Made by a program: the position numbers and the translations under genes
NCBI GenBank assembly: GCA_964016885.1
Contig: OZ024741.1
Span: forward strand, 111,786,001-111,850,000
Origin: Eledone cirrhosa
Taxonomy: Eukaryota
Direction: 5' to 3'
Length of the DNA: 64,000 nucleotides
Shown: piece by piece, positions 43,518 to 57,490 of the stretch
Numbering within the stretch: the first letter of the stretch is position 1
How the letters are laid out: each line of letters opens with the position of its first letter
The notes under the pieces: generated by a model
Told to the model about the DNA's origin: nothing
Seen by the model: the letters and a program-made list of their open reading frames with translations, nothing else
The model's database searches: none

Positions 43518-44385
43518 CCAATTCCGGGAGTCCAGGTCTGGTTATCATTTATTTTTTATCATTTATTTTGTTTTGACCTGCTTAGCTTGATTTGGTTTTT
43601 GGCTTGGGTGGTTAATGCCTTCTTGACCACCTTTTCAGTTTTGTATGGCTTCTTAACACAGTGTTTAGCTCTGGTTTTTAACTATTGAGCACTTTCCCAG
43701 TATCATATCTGATTTTTGCGTTTCGCTTCGTTTTTCCTGCCCGCCGAAATGCGATTCTCGCTGAATCTTTATTTGCATTAATCACCCGTGTCTTCCAATT
43801 AACTTGTTAATAATTTCTATTGACAGGTTAATTGTATAAGTTTATTTTAAAACCACTCGGTTGAGAACTTATTTGATTTGTGCTATTTATGCTATTTTTC
43901 GCACGATTTACACTAACTGAATTACTTTGCCAAAATGTGGGGTTATTCACCTTGTGATTTCCACACGTGGTTTAACTTACCACCGTGTCATTCACTTATT
44001 TGGTACAGAGCGAAATACCTGTTGATAACGTGATATTCTTTGTTCGATCATTATACCCAAAGCTTATATTTTTAAGCAGACTGTATTTTGATATAGGTGT
44101 CACAGAAACTCTACATCGGATTTTAACAGCAATTCCGGGAGTCCAGGTCTGGTTATCATTTATTTTTTATTATTTATTTTGTTTTGACGTGTTTAGCTTG
44201 ATTTGGTTTTTGGCTTCGGTGGTTAATGCCTTCTTGACCACCTTTTCAGTTTGTATGGCTTCTGAACACATTGTTTAGCTCTGGTTTTGAACTATTGAGC
44301 ACTTTGCCAGTAACATTTCTGATTTTTGCGTTTCGCTTCGTTTTTCCTACCCGCCGAAATGCGATTCTCGCTGAATCTTTATTTG
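43518..44385. mobile_element. element with about 255-bp direct repeats (partial tandem, period about 612)
   Basis: caattccgggagtccaggtctgg...gctgaatctttatttg occurs at 43518-43775 and 44130-44385. Confidence 0.7.
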
Positions 44386-44968
44386 TATATATATATATAA
44401 TATAAAACGAAAAATCAGTGATGCATCTGGACTCAATTTATTGTGTGTTATAATTGTTTCGCCGGCAGACAGCTCGAGACACGATCATTGTATGGATCTG
44501 TCTGATTCTAGAACTGCAGGTTCGTCGGACACTTCCAATAACTTCGGAACAAATATTCTCACTGGGGTTTTACCTTCAAAAACATCTTCCTCGCTTGTCC
44601 TGCTGTTGGCTGTTGGCTGTTATTTTTCTACGTCATCATGAATTCTGGCCAATATTTGCTGCCATACTGCCCATCAGCTACTCTCCGTCCGACACACTTC
44701 AACGAATTCATGCTGGGTTTGGTATTTCACAAGTCACTCACACACACATATACACACACATACACACACATATATACATACACATACACACACACGCGCA
44801 CATACATACATACATATATATATACACACACACATAAATACACACACATGTACATATACACACACGCGCTCTCACGTACACACACTCACACGCCCCCGAC
44901 CATATAACTAACAACATAGGCGTCCACAGGCGCCTTCCTACCTGCCCTTGTACATTAGCTATCACACG

Positions 44969-45018
<50 letters not shown>

Positions 45019-45164
45019 CGTACGCGTACATCTACTCATATACACAAACACGTACAGACATATACACAGACACGCGTACGCACATACCCATACCTGTCCT
45101 TACAAAGAGGCACAAAGACAGACACGCTTCCAAACACACACATACACAGACACACATATACATC

Positions 45165-45204
<40 letters not shown>

Positions 45205-45280
45205 CACACATATGTGTATATGTACACACACATAAGCGTAGTTACCTGTAATCCCTCAGCCTGTTTTAGGTGCACGCGCA

Positions 45281-45347
<67 letters not shown>

Positions 45348-45754
45348 GCTCATATACATTCAAACAAATACGCGGCCGAATATCTCCGTGCCCACGTACA
45401 TCTTCAAAGATACATACACGCACACATATATCTCTGTCCGTACTCAAATATGATATACTCACAGTCATATAAATCTGCACAATAGGACATATAGGGTCAT
45501 CCATGAAAGGATGCATCATGTTATACATGCACGAGCATAAGCAATGTAACCAAATACATACATCCATACACATACATGCAAGCGTATATATACGTATGTA
45601 TATATATATATACGTATGTATATATATATATACGTATGTATATATATATATACGATATTACCAAATGGAAACTATATTTATAAAACCATGTTTATTTTAT
45701 TATACATATTTCAAGAACAAAAAGTTAAATTATGGTGTGCTTTCATCAGACAAA

Positions 45755-45800
<46 letters not shown>

Positions 45801-45828
45801 GTAATATATATATATATATATATATATA

Positions 45829-47090
45829 ATGTAAGTATGTACACGTACATACATATATGTATACAGACGTACAGTAGTATGTATATATATATATATATAC
45901 ATACATGCACACATATATATATGTACGTATGGATTCACCGAACATTTATTATAATGCTCGGTTTGTTTGTAAACAAACATCCCGTATTAAGCCATAGTGT
46001 CTAGCAACCATCGTTGCTCGTTTGTTCAACACTGACAAAGGAACGCTGTACTAGTTTCAAGCTTATTAGCTATCCTCAGCAACGTATACCTTCCTGCCAG
46101 ATTGTTGAACGTATATACTTACCTTATGCATATTAACGGCTGAGTAGCCCAATTTGCATATCGAGTGGGTTAATCGGCCGGGTGCACACCAAACGATAAA
46201 CGGGAAAAATGAAACGAAATTTCATTTCCCACTCCTAGTACGGCTGTTACTTAAATATAAGTATGTACACGTACATACATATATGTATACAGACGTACAG
46301 TAGTATGTATATATATATACATACATACATGCACACATATATATATGTACGTATGGATTCACCGAACAATTATTATAATGCTCGGTGTGTTTGTAAACAA
46401 ACATCCCGTATTAAGCCGTAGTGTCTAGCAACCATCGTTTGTCGTTTGTTCAACACTGACAAAGGAATGTTGTACTAGTTTCAAGCTTATTAGCTATCGT
46501 CAGCAACGTATACCTTCCTGCTATATATATGTGTGCATGTATGTATATATATATACATACTACTGTACGTCTGTATACATATATGTATGTACGTGTACCT
46601 ACTTATATTTAAGTAACAGCCGTACTAAGAGTGGGAAATTTCATTTCATTTCATTTTTTTCGTTTATCGTTTTCGGTGCACCCGGCCGATTAACCCACTC
46701 GATATCCAAATTGGGCGACTCAGCCGTTAATATACATAAGGTAAGTATATACGTTCAACAATCTGGCAGGATGGTATACGTTGCTGACGATAGCTAATAA
46801 GATTGAAACTAGTACAGCGTTCCTTTGTCAGTGTTGAACAAACGAGCAATTATGGTTGCTAGACACTACGGCTTAATACGGGATGTTTGTTTACAAACAC
46901 ACCGAGCATTATAATAAATGTTCGGTGAATCCATACGTACATATATATATATGTGCATGTATGTATATATATATACATACTACTGTTCGTCTGTATACAT
47001 ATATGTATGTACGTGTACATACTTATATTTAAGTAGCAGCCGTACTAAGAGTGGGAAATGAAATTTCGTTTCATTTTTTCCGTTTATATA
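45829..47090. mobile_element. retrozyme-like array, sister family of 25968-27226 (about 424-nt unit, tandem then inverted)
   Basis: Hammerheads at 46044-46084 (-), 46468-46508 (-) and 46779-46819 (+, cgttg-CTGACGA-tagctaataagatt-GAAA-ctagta-cagcg). The orientation flips at about 46522. Confidence 0.88.
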
Positions 47091-47165
<75 letters not shown>

Positions 47166-47394
47166 CGTGTGTGTGTGTAGATTACACAAGTATCAAAGTC
47201 ATGTTTAAAACATTTAATTGCTGACAATTGTTTCTTCCAAACTTAATCTTGGAGTCCTCGGAGCATTATCAATGTTTGTACATATAATTAACCTCCTATT
47301 CAACTGAAGAAACATACTAACTACAAACTAACTACAAATCATACTAACTACAAACCCTAATAGCAATAGTAATAATAGTAATAACACTAATGAA

Positions 47395-47925
47395 ATGAAT
47401 AACATTAGGAACGACAACCATCATAGCCCTAATACTAACCATAGCAACCAGACCTCTACACAACATAATAACCGGCAAGATAACATCCAAAATAAATGTA
47501 ACTCTAGATCAAATAGAACTTGCCCTTTAGGTAATAACTGCTTAATCAAAGACATCATTTACTCCTGCACGGTCAACACTAACAACTCTTCTAAAACATA
47601 TATAGGCTCTACTTCGAACTGCTTCAAGACGAGATATAACTCGCACCTCCTCTCTTTCAAAAAACACAATCTAGCCAACTCCACTTCACTATCTAGCTAC
47701 ATACACTATCTGAAAACTAGGAATAGAACATATACACTTCAATGGGAAGTAATAGGTAGGGCTGCATCGTATAAACCACCTAATAAATTTTGTAACCTCT
47801 GTCTCCTAGAGACCCATACTATAATCTTTTCGAATCTTAACCTCCTAAATAAAAAATCGGAAGTGTTTGCATCGTGCCAACACCGCTTCCGACACTCATT
47901 CCATAGCTTTAAACCTAGTATATAA
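47395..47925 (+). pseudogene. PLE GIY-YIG endonuclease domain (5'-truncated ORF)
   Basis: CPLGNNCL..IIYSC...YIGST..CFKTRYNSH...CNLCLLE...LLNKKSE..CQH. Confidence 0.9.
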
Positions 47926-49214
47926 CAATGTCAGATTTGAACTCATCACCACCATTAGCACTTCACCTCTAAGACTTGCCTTCCACCGCTCCATCACACT
48001 CTTTGATCCACCGTTTCCTCTACACAAATCATTCTTATCTCTAACATTATACTCTAGAAATATTCTTATAGTCACCACCTTTTAATATAATTACTTTAGA
48101 TTACTTATAATTATATAGTGATTGAAATATAATATAATATATATAAACTTTAAATGTTAAATGTAACAATGAATTATATATACATTTATAATTAAATGTA
48201 TAAATTAATAACATTGTATATAAAGGATTAATTTATTAACATAAGCGATTTATCTAACTTAAATGTAATATGGAACAATGAATTATATATACATTTATAA
48301 TTTATAATTAAATGTATAAATTAATAACATTGTTTATAAAGTATTAATTTATTTTCTTAGGGATGTATCTAATTTATCATGCTAACAGCTATACGTTATT
48401 TCATATCTTGCCAAATATTGGGTAGACAACAATCTAATGAAACCTTTAATATATTATGAGAGAGTAGACTGTATATGAAATTAAATATAAATATATAACT
48501 TTTATATAAGGGATTCAATTATGGCACTATATAATGTCTATTAGAGCAAGGAATTTAATTATTATAATGAGCTAGTTACCTACCCTTACGCATTAGCTCC
48601 CCTTAATTCCATATCCACTTCCGGATATTAAACCGTTGAAAATTCTCGTAGTAGAACAACTCTAAATCTATTAATATGAATACAATAACACCAAGTTACA
48701 ATCCATTAATATAACAAACATTCAATACAAATATAACTTAACATATGTAATGGGTGTGAAATCTGTAACTTTCATATTCTACACACATAAAAATGTGAAC
48801 TATACAGAAAATATCATCGCATTGCATCCCCCATAATACACTAACATATTCGCTTAAAGTGCTTGTATTTTATGTAATACCTTGCCATACAGTACTCATA
48901 TATGCATAATACATTTGCTTGTTCCATTCCTTTATATATGACTAACGTATGTACTATCTCTTTAATTATTAGATTATTCTCTTGTATTATCTGTCGCATG
49001 TATTCCACCCTGTGCTTTTAATTTTAATTTTAATTTTTAGTTTTTAATTGTAATTTTAAGCTTAATTTGAATTATTATAAAATTCTCGTATAATATATGT
49101 CGCATCCATTCCACCCTGTAAACATGAAACTGTTGTCCACAACATCAATATATATGTATCTCTATGATTCTTCAGTTGAATAGGAGATTAATTATATGTA
49201 CAAACATTGATAAT

Positions 49215-49259
49215 GCTCCGAGGACTCCAAGCTTAAGTTTGGAAGAAACAATTGTCAGT
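49215..49259 (+). ncRNA. variant hammerhead (CCGANGA core; mirror copy at 47220-47264, minus)
   Basis: gct-CCGAGGA-ctccaagc(ttaa)gtttggaa-GAAA-caattgtc-agt. Confidence 0.65.
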
Positions 49260-49593
49260 TATTAAATGTTTTAAACATAACTTTGATACTTGTGTAATCT
49301 ATATTACTGCTCTGTAAAACAACTGATTTTCTTACATTGAGCTATTTCTCTTACTGGTAATAAGGTAGTAATAAATTACTGACCTTCCCTGTTTATAATT
49401 GTTTATAGTATAGTATATACATAACTATAAATAGTATCTTTAATATTATATATATATGTATATATATGTATATATATATGAATATATATATATATATGTA
49501 TATATATATATGAATGGCATATATATGTATATATGTATATATATATACGCATGTATATATATATATATACGCATGTATATATATATATACGTA

Positions 49594-49620
<27 letters not shown>

Positions 49621-49628
<8 letters not shown>

Positions 49629-50204
49629 ATACTTTGGGAGGGTCATGTTGCCAATAAGAAACACACGCACCAGTTGCTTTCACTTCAATTTATTATAATA
49701 AATTTATAAATTTAAGGATTTATAAATTTCCGGTTGGTTGGTTGGTTCCACAACCAGATGGTTGTTTATATATTGTCAAAGTTCTTTCGTCACACATTCT
49801 GTGACCTCTTCAGTGACTGGGGATTCTTTTCTTTGTTTTTGTGCCTCTCCTTTGTTCTGTCCTACGCCATCTTGTTTCTGTGTGTCAGAAACAAGATGGC
49901 GTAGGACAGAACAAAGGAGAGGCACAAAAACAAAGAAAAGAATCCCCAGTCACTGAAGAGGTCACAGAATGTGTGACGAAAGAACTTTGACAATATATAA
50001 ACAACCATCTGGTTGTGGAAGCAACCAACCAACCAACCGGAAATTTATAAATCCCTAAATTTATAAATTTATTATAATAAATTGAAGTGAAAGCAACTGG
50101 TGCGTGTGTTTCTTATTGGCAACATGACCCTCCCAAAGTATAACAATATCGGTTTCAACACACGTTTTCAGATAAAGAATCTTATTAAACAAATTCAGAA
50201 ACGA

Positions 50205-50206
<2 letters not shown>
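49621..50206. mobile_element. near-perfect palindrome with about 260-bp arms plus an extension
   Basis: Arms 49621-49880 and 49886-50149 with a 5-nt loop, and an extension at 50150-50206. Confidence 0.9.
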
Positions 50207-50235
<29 letters not shown>

Positions 50236-51325
50236 TCGGTTTCTCACATATAAACAAAACTCTTTCATTGGAACAACTAGGTAAATTCGTATGGATGTTT
50301 ATATACGTGTGTGTGTGTGTGTGTGTGTGTGAAGGTATGGATGTCATTGCATGTGTGGATCTGTATTTTTTGAGTTATATCAACACACATGCATATGTTT
50401 CTGTATCTATACATCTGTATATACAGTCATTACATTCTGAATTTCTGAAATATTTTAAGTATTTTTACAGTTCCATTAATGGACTGTACTTGTAAGTTTC
50501 TAACTAGCCGCACTCTTTCTGTATGTATGCATGCATGTATGAATATATGTATGTATGTATGCATGTATATATGTATGCATGCATGTATGTATATATGTAT
50601 GTGTGTATTTATGTATGAGTATATTATATTATATATATATACAGATACAACCACTACTAGTGCTACAACAACCCCTACTATTGCTACTACTACCTTGATA
50701 TGATCTGCTATAATGAGAATCGTCAGAGCGTTGGGTTTATACTTTGTGGTGTTTATTCTGGCACTTTACGTTTTGAGTTCAAGTCCCGTCGAGGTCAACT
50801 TTGTCTTTAATATTTTCGGGATAAAATAATGTATCAGTCAAGTACTGAGGTAAATTTAAATGACTTTCCCCTTTGCCCCACATGATGGTCTTGTGCCTAA
50901 ATCATAAACCGTTATTTCACTCCACTCCACTGCTTCCACAAGAACAACACGCAGTAGTTTCCTCTATTCATTACTGTTATGTAACAACCACCACAGTCAA
51001 TATCACACCCATACAAAAATAGGCGGTGGATAGGCAAAATTATTAGCGCGTGGAACAAAACACTTGCGACATTTGGTTACAGAACTAGACATTCCGAGTT
51101 CAAACGTTGCCGCGGTGAACTTTGCCTTTCAATCTTTTGGGGTTCGATAATACGTTGTATCAGTTAATTAGTGGGGTTTATTTCTTACTTGCATAATCCA
51201 CACTGCCTGTGAATATGTCTGGAGACAGAAGAGTGGTCCATATCTTTTCGATTTTTTCACCTATTATTTATAGCGATCGACTATTATTATTGCCATTTGT
51301 ATCATTGAGACGGCTAGCTTTCTTA

Positions 51326-51528
51326 TACAGGGTGAGCCAAAAGTCACTTCTTATCTATTTGTATTAATAAAACATTACAAATTAACTGAAAACTAAAGTA
51401 AATTTCATAACTGGATCTTGTTTTTATTCAACTTTAAATTCAACTTTAATCTGAAAGAAAAAAATGTATTTTACTAATAAAAAATATTATGAAGTTTTTT
51501 AATAGGAAGTAACTTTTAACCAACCCTC
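51326..51528. mobile_element. putative Tc1/mariner-derived MITE
   Basis: TA followed by cagggtgagccaaaagtcacttcttat, and an imperfect inverted copy ataggaagtaacttttaaccaaccct. Confidence 0.45.
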
Positions 51529-52822
51529 AAATATATTCGCACACCCACGTATATATTCGTGGTATGTATGGATATATAGCACATCATTACTGAACTTCAA
51601 AAATTTAATACGTTCAGCGCTATTACTGTCGTTATTGATGTCGCGTGTCCATCAATGTAAGATTATAACAATAACCATCGCTATTCAATTTCAAGGAATA
51701 TTCTCACATCACATCCGCTATTGCAGTCACTATTTGTAGTAGTCAGGACTATTAACAGTATCATTATATCGTAAACTTGTGTTACTGTTCAAATGTTAGG
51801 TAAATTCTGGAAGTATACGTTTACAACTGTTTTTGACAATAGGTAGATATATAGAAATGCATAAATGTATTAATAACAATATATAAATGAATTTACTACG
51901 CCTGTCGCAATACAAATATACGACACATGAGTACACAAATATACGTTTCACGTTGAATACATAAACCTGTAAACATATCAAATTTTCGTATTTCCCTGTA
52001 GATTGAAAAAATGATGAATTCAATGTACACTAAAAATATAATACAAAGAAAGCAATCATTTTAGAAAAACGAAAAACAAAATATGAGAAAAGACATATAT
52101 TTTCATATATGTTTGTTCCACCAAAAAGAACGAGGACATGACGAGAAAAAAACAATTTCGTACGAATGCTATAAACAGACGACATTAACTTTTTAATGTA
52201 TATATTTTGTGTGTGTATCTTGGGCGGAGCCTATCCCTCGTTAGGTCTGAACATAACCGATTTCTTACCGAGAACGAGGAGTAGAAAGGAAGTGAGGAAG
52301 AATCGAAACCAGAACTGGAATGATACTTTTTATTCGACCACAAAAAGAGGAAAGACAAAGTTAACGCTGGCAGGATTTGAACTCAGTGTACAGCGAACCG
52401 GACCGAATACCACAAAGCATTATATCGGACGTGCTAACCAATTCGTTGCCTTGATTGTCATTAGGTAGCTCTTACTCCCGGGTGTATACAGTCGTAGACT
52501 GGATTCGAATAAGTTACCTGATAACGGTCGGAGATGAAATCGATCGAAACAATGTAGATGAAAGTATTTTAAATATACACTCTAAAGATGAAGTTAATTG
52601 CCTGGAAAATTACAATCTTATTAATAATGACTAATAATATCAGACATTGAGACTTTAATCATCAATTAAACTGTTTCATTTTCAAGTAAATAACCGTTTC
52701 TAATTTTGACAAAAGGTCAGCAATTTCAAGGGAAAAGGAAAGCCCATTAATTCAACCCAGTACTTGGTCGGTATGTGGGTAGTACCAGTATGCGGGGCAG
52801 AGCCATCGGTCTCCAAATGTAA

Positions 52823-52951
<129 letters not shown>

Positions 52952-53613
52952 ATTAATTCCAGTACTAGATTGTTACTTTATTTATAGACCTCGAAAAGAG
53001 GAAAAGATGAAAGGAAAAGTTAACATCGGCGATATTTCAACTCAAAACAAATACCACAAAGCAATCTATCTCCACCCAAACGTGTTTTCCAATCCACCAC
53101 CCTTTTTTCAGGTGAATAATTAAATAAAATTTCAATATTTCACTGCGATCATAACGAATGTCGTATGATGAAATTCGAACACCTAATTCCTTAGCAGCGT
53201 TATAACAAACATTCAGTTATTATCCAGTTCTTTAGAGTATATTATCCTGTATAAGTTGCAGCCTTTATATGTGTAACCAGAATTATACAATGTGTGGTGA
53301 AGGTTTTGCCTTAGGGTATAAGTGCAATTGTTAATGCTGAAAAGAAACCTAATTAACAGAACTTGGCATCAAATAAATTTTCTCTAAGAATCTACATCTC
53401 TTAAAACATTTCTTAGATGGAAACCTTTCACAAAATCCAACAAAATTAGCTTTGTAGATTTATGACACTTTCTAAGAAGTCATACATAATTCAACTTTTA
53501 TCATTTGCAGAAAATTCATTTTTATTTCTTTTGTAACTTTCATGTTTACTTTCTCGTCGTGTTAACAGTAACGGAATATAACATTTAAGGTTAGCCAAGC
53601 ATTATTATTATGA

Positions 53614-56600
53614 CAAATACCTGAAATTGCAGACACCACACCTACAACAAACACAGACATACCCGAAACAACACCATCAAAACCGTCACCAAAACGAAAA
53701 CAAATAAAACCACACCAACAAAATGTTAAAAACTACGTGCTTGTCAGAAGGGCCAACGATAAACTGATGGCCCTCTTAGCACGAAGCGAGGACATTCAAA
53801 CAGAGGGGGAGATTTTTTAAAGGAGCACATTTTGCGTGCCAGAAGATTTGCTTCTGGTCTGAATGTCACTCAATTCCTTCAAAGAAATTCGGGAGAGCTT
53901 TCCTCAAGACGTGGGAACCCCGAATATGAAACCCACATCGAGACTTTTAAAGAGGTTCCCAAAAGAAACCCCACCAACCATGGAGGTCGAACCACCCGAC
54001 CTTCACAAGACCCCAGGGGGTAAGTAAACCTTCCCTCTCTCTCTTAGCTTACCAACATGACCATATTAAGAGTAGGAAGTTTAAATGTTCGCGGCCTGGG
54101 GTCACCCTGGAACCAGGGTCGCCTGCTCAACGGCCTCAGGTCGCTGGAAATGGATGTGATTGCCGTCAGCGAGACCAGAATTTCCGACACGCGCGCAGTA
54201 GCAGCCCCCATTTTCGACGACTATCAGATCTTCGCATCTGTTAGCAGGCCGAGAATGGTGGGTGGGGTGGCAGTGATGTTTAGGAAAGGACTGGATCTCG
54301 AGGTAAGGTCAATCTTCCGGGAGACGGACGGTAAGTTGGTGGTCTTGGATGTGAGCAGTAGCAAAGGTGGTGCCTTTAGACTGCTGGCCGTCTACTCCTC
54401 TACAGGGGCCCGGACGACCGGACTACTTTAGGCGCCTGGAGACCTTTCTGAGTACGTCTCGCCCTTTACTGTTAGCGGGGGATTGGAATGGCATCTTAGA
54501 CGCACGCTGGGATTGTGTGGGAGTAGCCGATAGGAGCGGGGGGTGCAAAAGCCTCAAGCACCTACTCAGCCAGTTCCAACTGTCTGACAGGTATCGACTA
54601 GATTTCCCCAATGTGCCAGTATGGACATGGACCAACCGAATGGGGTCATCTAGATCGTATATAGACAGGATCTTCATTAGGAAAATAGATAGAAATAGTG
54701 TGGGCTGCCCACTTTTTAAAATGGTCGCCTATTCAGATCACAAATTTGTGATCTGTACGGTCGACCTAGATAAAACGCGTAGGTTAGGACCGGGTTACTG
54801 GAAGCTGAACATGTCATTTCCGGCACGTAAGGCTTACAGGGACCGAGTCAACAATTTAGTTAAGCAAAAGTTGACAGGGGGAATCATCAACAACAGATGG
54901 TGGGGGCTCTCAAAAGAGAGATTAGAGTAACTTCGATAGAGTTCAGCAAAGAACTAGGGTTAGAGAAAAATAGAAAGGAGGGGGAGCTGGTAGATAAGTT
55001 AGACGAAGCTATTTGTAGTGGCATTGCAACTGACGTGTTAGCGGCGAGAATGGCAGTAGACCATTTCTTCAATGCGAAACACGAAGGTTGCATTGTCAGA
55101 GCTAAGGTGCGTGCGCTGAGAAACGAGGGAACCAAAGCTGTTCGATGGGCCCGCGTGGCGGAGGCGCAGCGTGGTAATAAAACCACAATTCGGTCTTTGG
55201 TGAACCGAGACGGACACGAGATAAGCGATTCCAAGCGGATGTGTGAGGCCTTTCGCCAGCACTTTGCTCGGTTGTTCGGGGAGAGTGGCGAGCCTGAGAC
55301 AGTAGCGGATTTCAGTCCCTACCTTGACGGCTTGCCGCGCATCTCGACGCTCGAGGCTGAGCGCTGCGAAAGGCCGATTACTTCAGCCGAAATTCAGGAC
55401 GCCCGTGTCGGCTGCATGAGGCGCAAGTCACCCGGTTTGGATGGCCTGCCCTACGAGCTTCACGTAAATATGCCAGACTTGTTCTCCGATCTCCTCGAAG
55501 CACTCTACTGCAACTGGCAGCAGAATGGGAGTATTCCCAGTTCTGTGAGCAGGGGAGTGGTGACGCTGATAAGGAAAGACGAGAACAAGAGGGATACATT
55601 AGACAACTTCAGGCCCATAACTCTGCTCAACACAGAGTTTAAGATGTTGGCCAAGGTGCTAGCAAAGAGATTGGCGCTTGTCGTCGAGGATTTGGTTGGG
55701 GAGGCGCAAACTTGCGCAATCCCAGCCAGGTCCATACACGACAATCTCCACCTCATGCGATACATCATAGAGAGGGTAGGGTGTAAACATGGCTTCGGTG
55801 GGGCACTGATCAATTTAGATCAATCGATAGCATTCGATAGGGTCAACTACCGGTATCTGCAGTTTGTCCTCAAAGCAGCTGGCTTCGGCCCTGTCTTCAG
55901 AAGCTGGATCGCTGCAAAGCACAGCGGCACACGCTCGGTGGTCAAGGTTAATGGCCACCTCTCGGAACCATTTCGGCTCTCCCGATCGGTCCGTCAAGGG
56001 TGTCTTCTCTCTTCCCTTCTGTAGGTATTGACTCTCGAGCCTTTACTGCGGAAGCTGGAGCTGTTGCAGGGCATCCCCCTCGAACCGGGACGTGGAAAGC
56101 CAGTGTAGGCTTATGCGGACGACATCACCGTGATGGTGTCGAACACCTCAGAAATCGACGGGGTTGGCACCTTATTGAAGGAATATGAAAGGTTGACAGG
56201 AGCCAAACTTAACCCGGTCAGTGGGCTTGCAGCTCGGAACCTGGAGAGGCAAGCCCATGCCGTCCAACAGCGTCGTGGGGCGCTGGACGGACGGACAGGT
56301 AAAGTTGCTCGGGGTTTGGTTCGGACCTGACCTCCAGGTGGAAAAGAATAGGGACGAGGTAACGAGCAGAGTAGCCAGTCTCACCCGAAAATGGGCTGGG
56401 AGGAAGCTATCACTGAAAGGTCGCGCGGAGGTGGCGAATGCGTACATCGCGTTCGTCATCTACTACCGCCTGACCGTCGTGCCTTACCCCTGTCAGCGCC
56501 TCGTCAAGTTGGAACGGCTCCTCTTCAAATTCTTGTGGAGGGGACAAGTTCCGTTGGTGAGACGGTCCATCTGCTGCCAGCACCCTCTACGCGGAGGGCT

Positions 56601-57490
56601 GGGCATGCCGTGGCTAATGATGCGCAGACATGCGTTGAGGCTGCGACATCTCCAGATATTCTGCCACAACGGTGAACAGGTGTGGTCGCCGTTTATCAGA
56701 CGGGCTTTTCCGCAGCTCATTTCTTTGACTGAGTTGCAGTCCTGTGTCAAGAAGAGACCGAGACTGGGTGACTGGCACCTGGAATTTTGCCAGGCACTCA
56801 CTGCCCTCTACCAAGCGGGCAATGCGATCAGTGGAACTTCCACTCTCGAGTTCTATAGAGGATTAGTGGTGGGCAAGTGCGATGACGCACTCGGAAAAGC
56901 TTTGGGCCTCGACGAAGTCGAACTGACCAGTCTGTACCGGAGGACGTTTGAGCCGGGGACGATGGACAATTTCCAGAAATTCCTCGCTTGGCAGTGCTAC
57001 CGGGGGGCATTGCCGGTTCGGGATAAACTCTACAGGCACGGAAGTGCTGTCAGATGGACCTGCCCAAGATGCGCAGAGAACGACGAAACCGTTCTGCACG
57101 CACTTGTCCAATGTCCGTGCATTACTGACTTGTGGAGTTATGTCTTACAGCTACTGTCGCGTGTGGAACGAATCCGGCTATCGGCCGAGTCCATAGTGAA
57201 GATCGACCCACCGCTTTCCTTAGGTCAGGAAGAGCAGGAAATTTTCCTCTGTCTGGTGGCAGTTGCGAAAGAGGTTATATGGTGGACCAGGTTAAAAGGA
57301 CTGAAGACAAACACTTTTCTCTTCGGCCAATCTCTCATCAACTTCTTCAAGTTTCACCTGTTAAATTAGTCTTGCCATTGTGCACTTTTACTCGACCTTA
57401 TTGTAAACCCCCACTGTCCCTGTCTTTGTATTGTCCCCTACATGTCGGCCCTTGTGGCTAATAAATGAAATCATTATTATTATGATGATT
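53614..57490 (+). mobile_element. Tx1/L1-clade LINE, near-complete ORF2 region, decayed
   Basis: GC-richer block with APE, RT and Zn-finger motifs, AATAAA and an (ATT)n tail. cattattattatga occurs at both ends (possible TSD). Confidence 0.9.
54057..57369 (+). pseudogene. LINE ORF2: APE endonuclease + RT + C-terminal Cys/His motif, with frameshifts and stops
   Basis: SLNVRGL, SET, GDWN, IDRIF, SDH, GYWKLN, KSPGLDGL, NFRPITLLN, RQGC, AYADD and CPRC....ETVLHAL..C. Frameshifts at about 54400, 54900 and 56220; stops at about 56022 and 56106. Confidence 0.92.

Larger units (their letters stand above)
47179..49447 (+). mobile_element. 5'-truncated Naiad-type PLE with about 133-bp inverted termini
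   Basis: Arms 47179-47311 / 49168-49301 and an extension at 49302-49447. Homologous to the element at 16367-19586. Confidence 0.9.
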
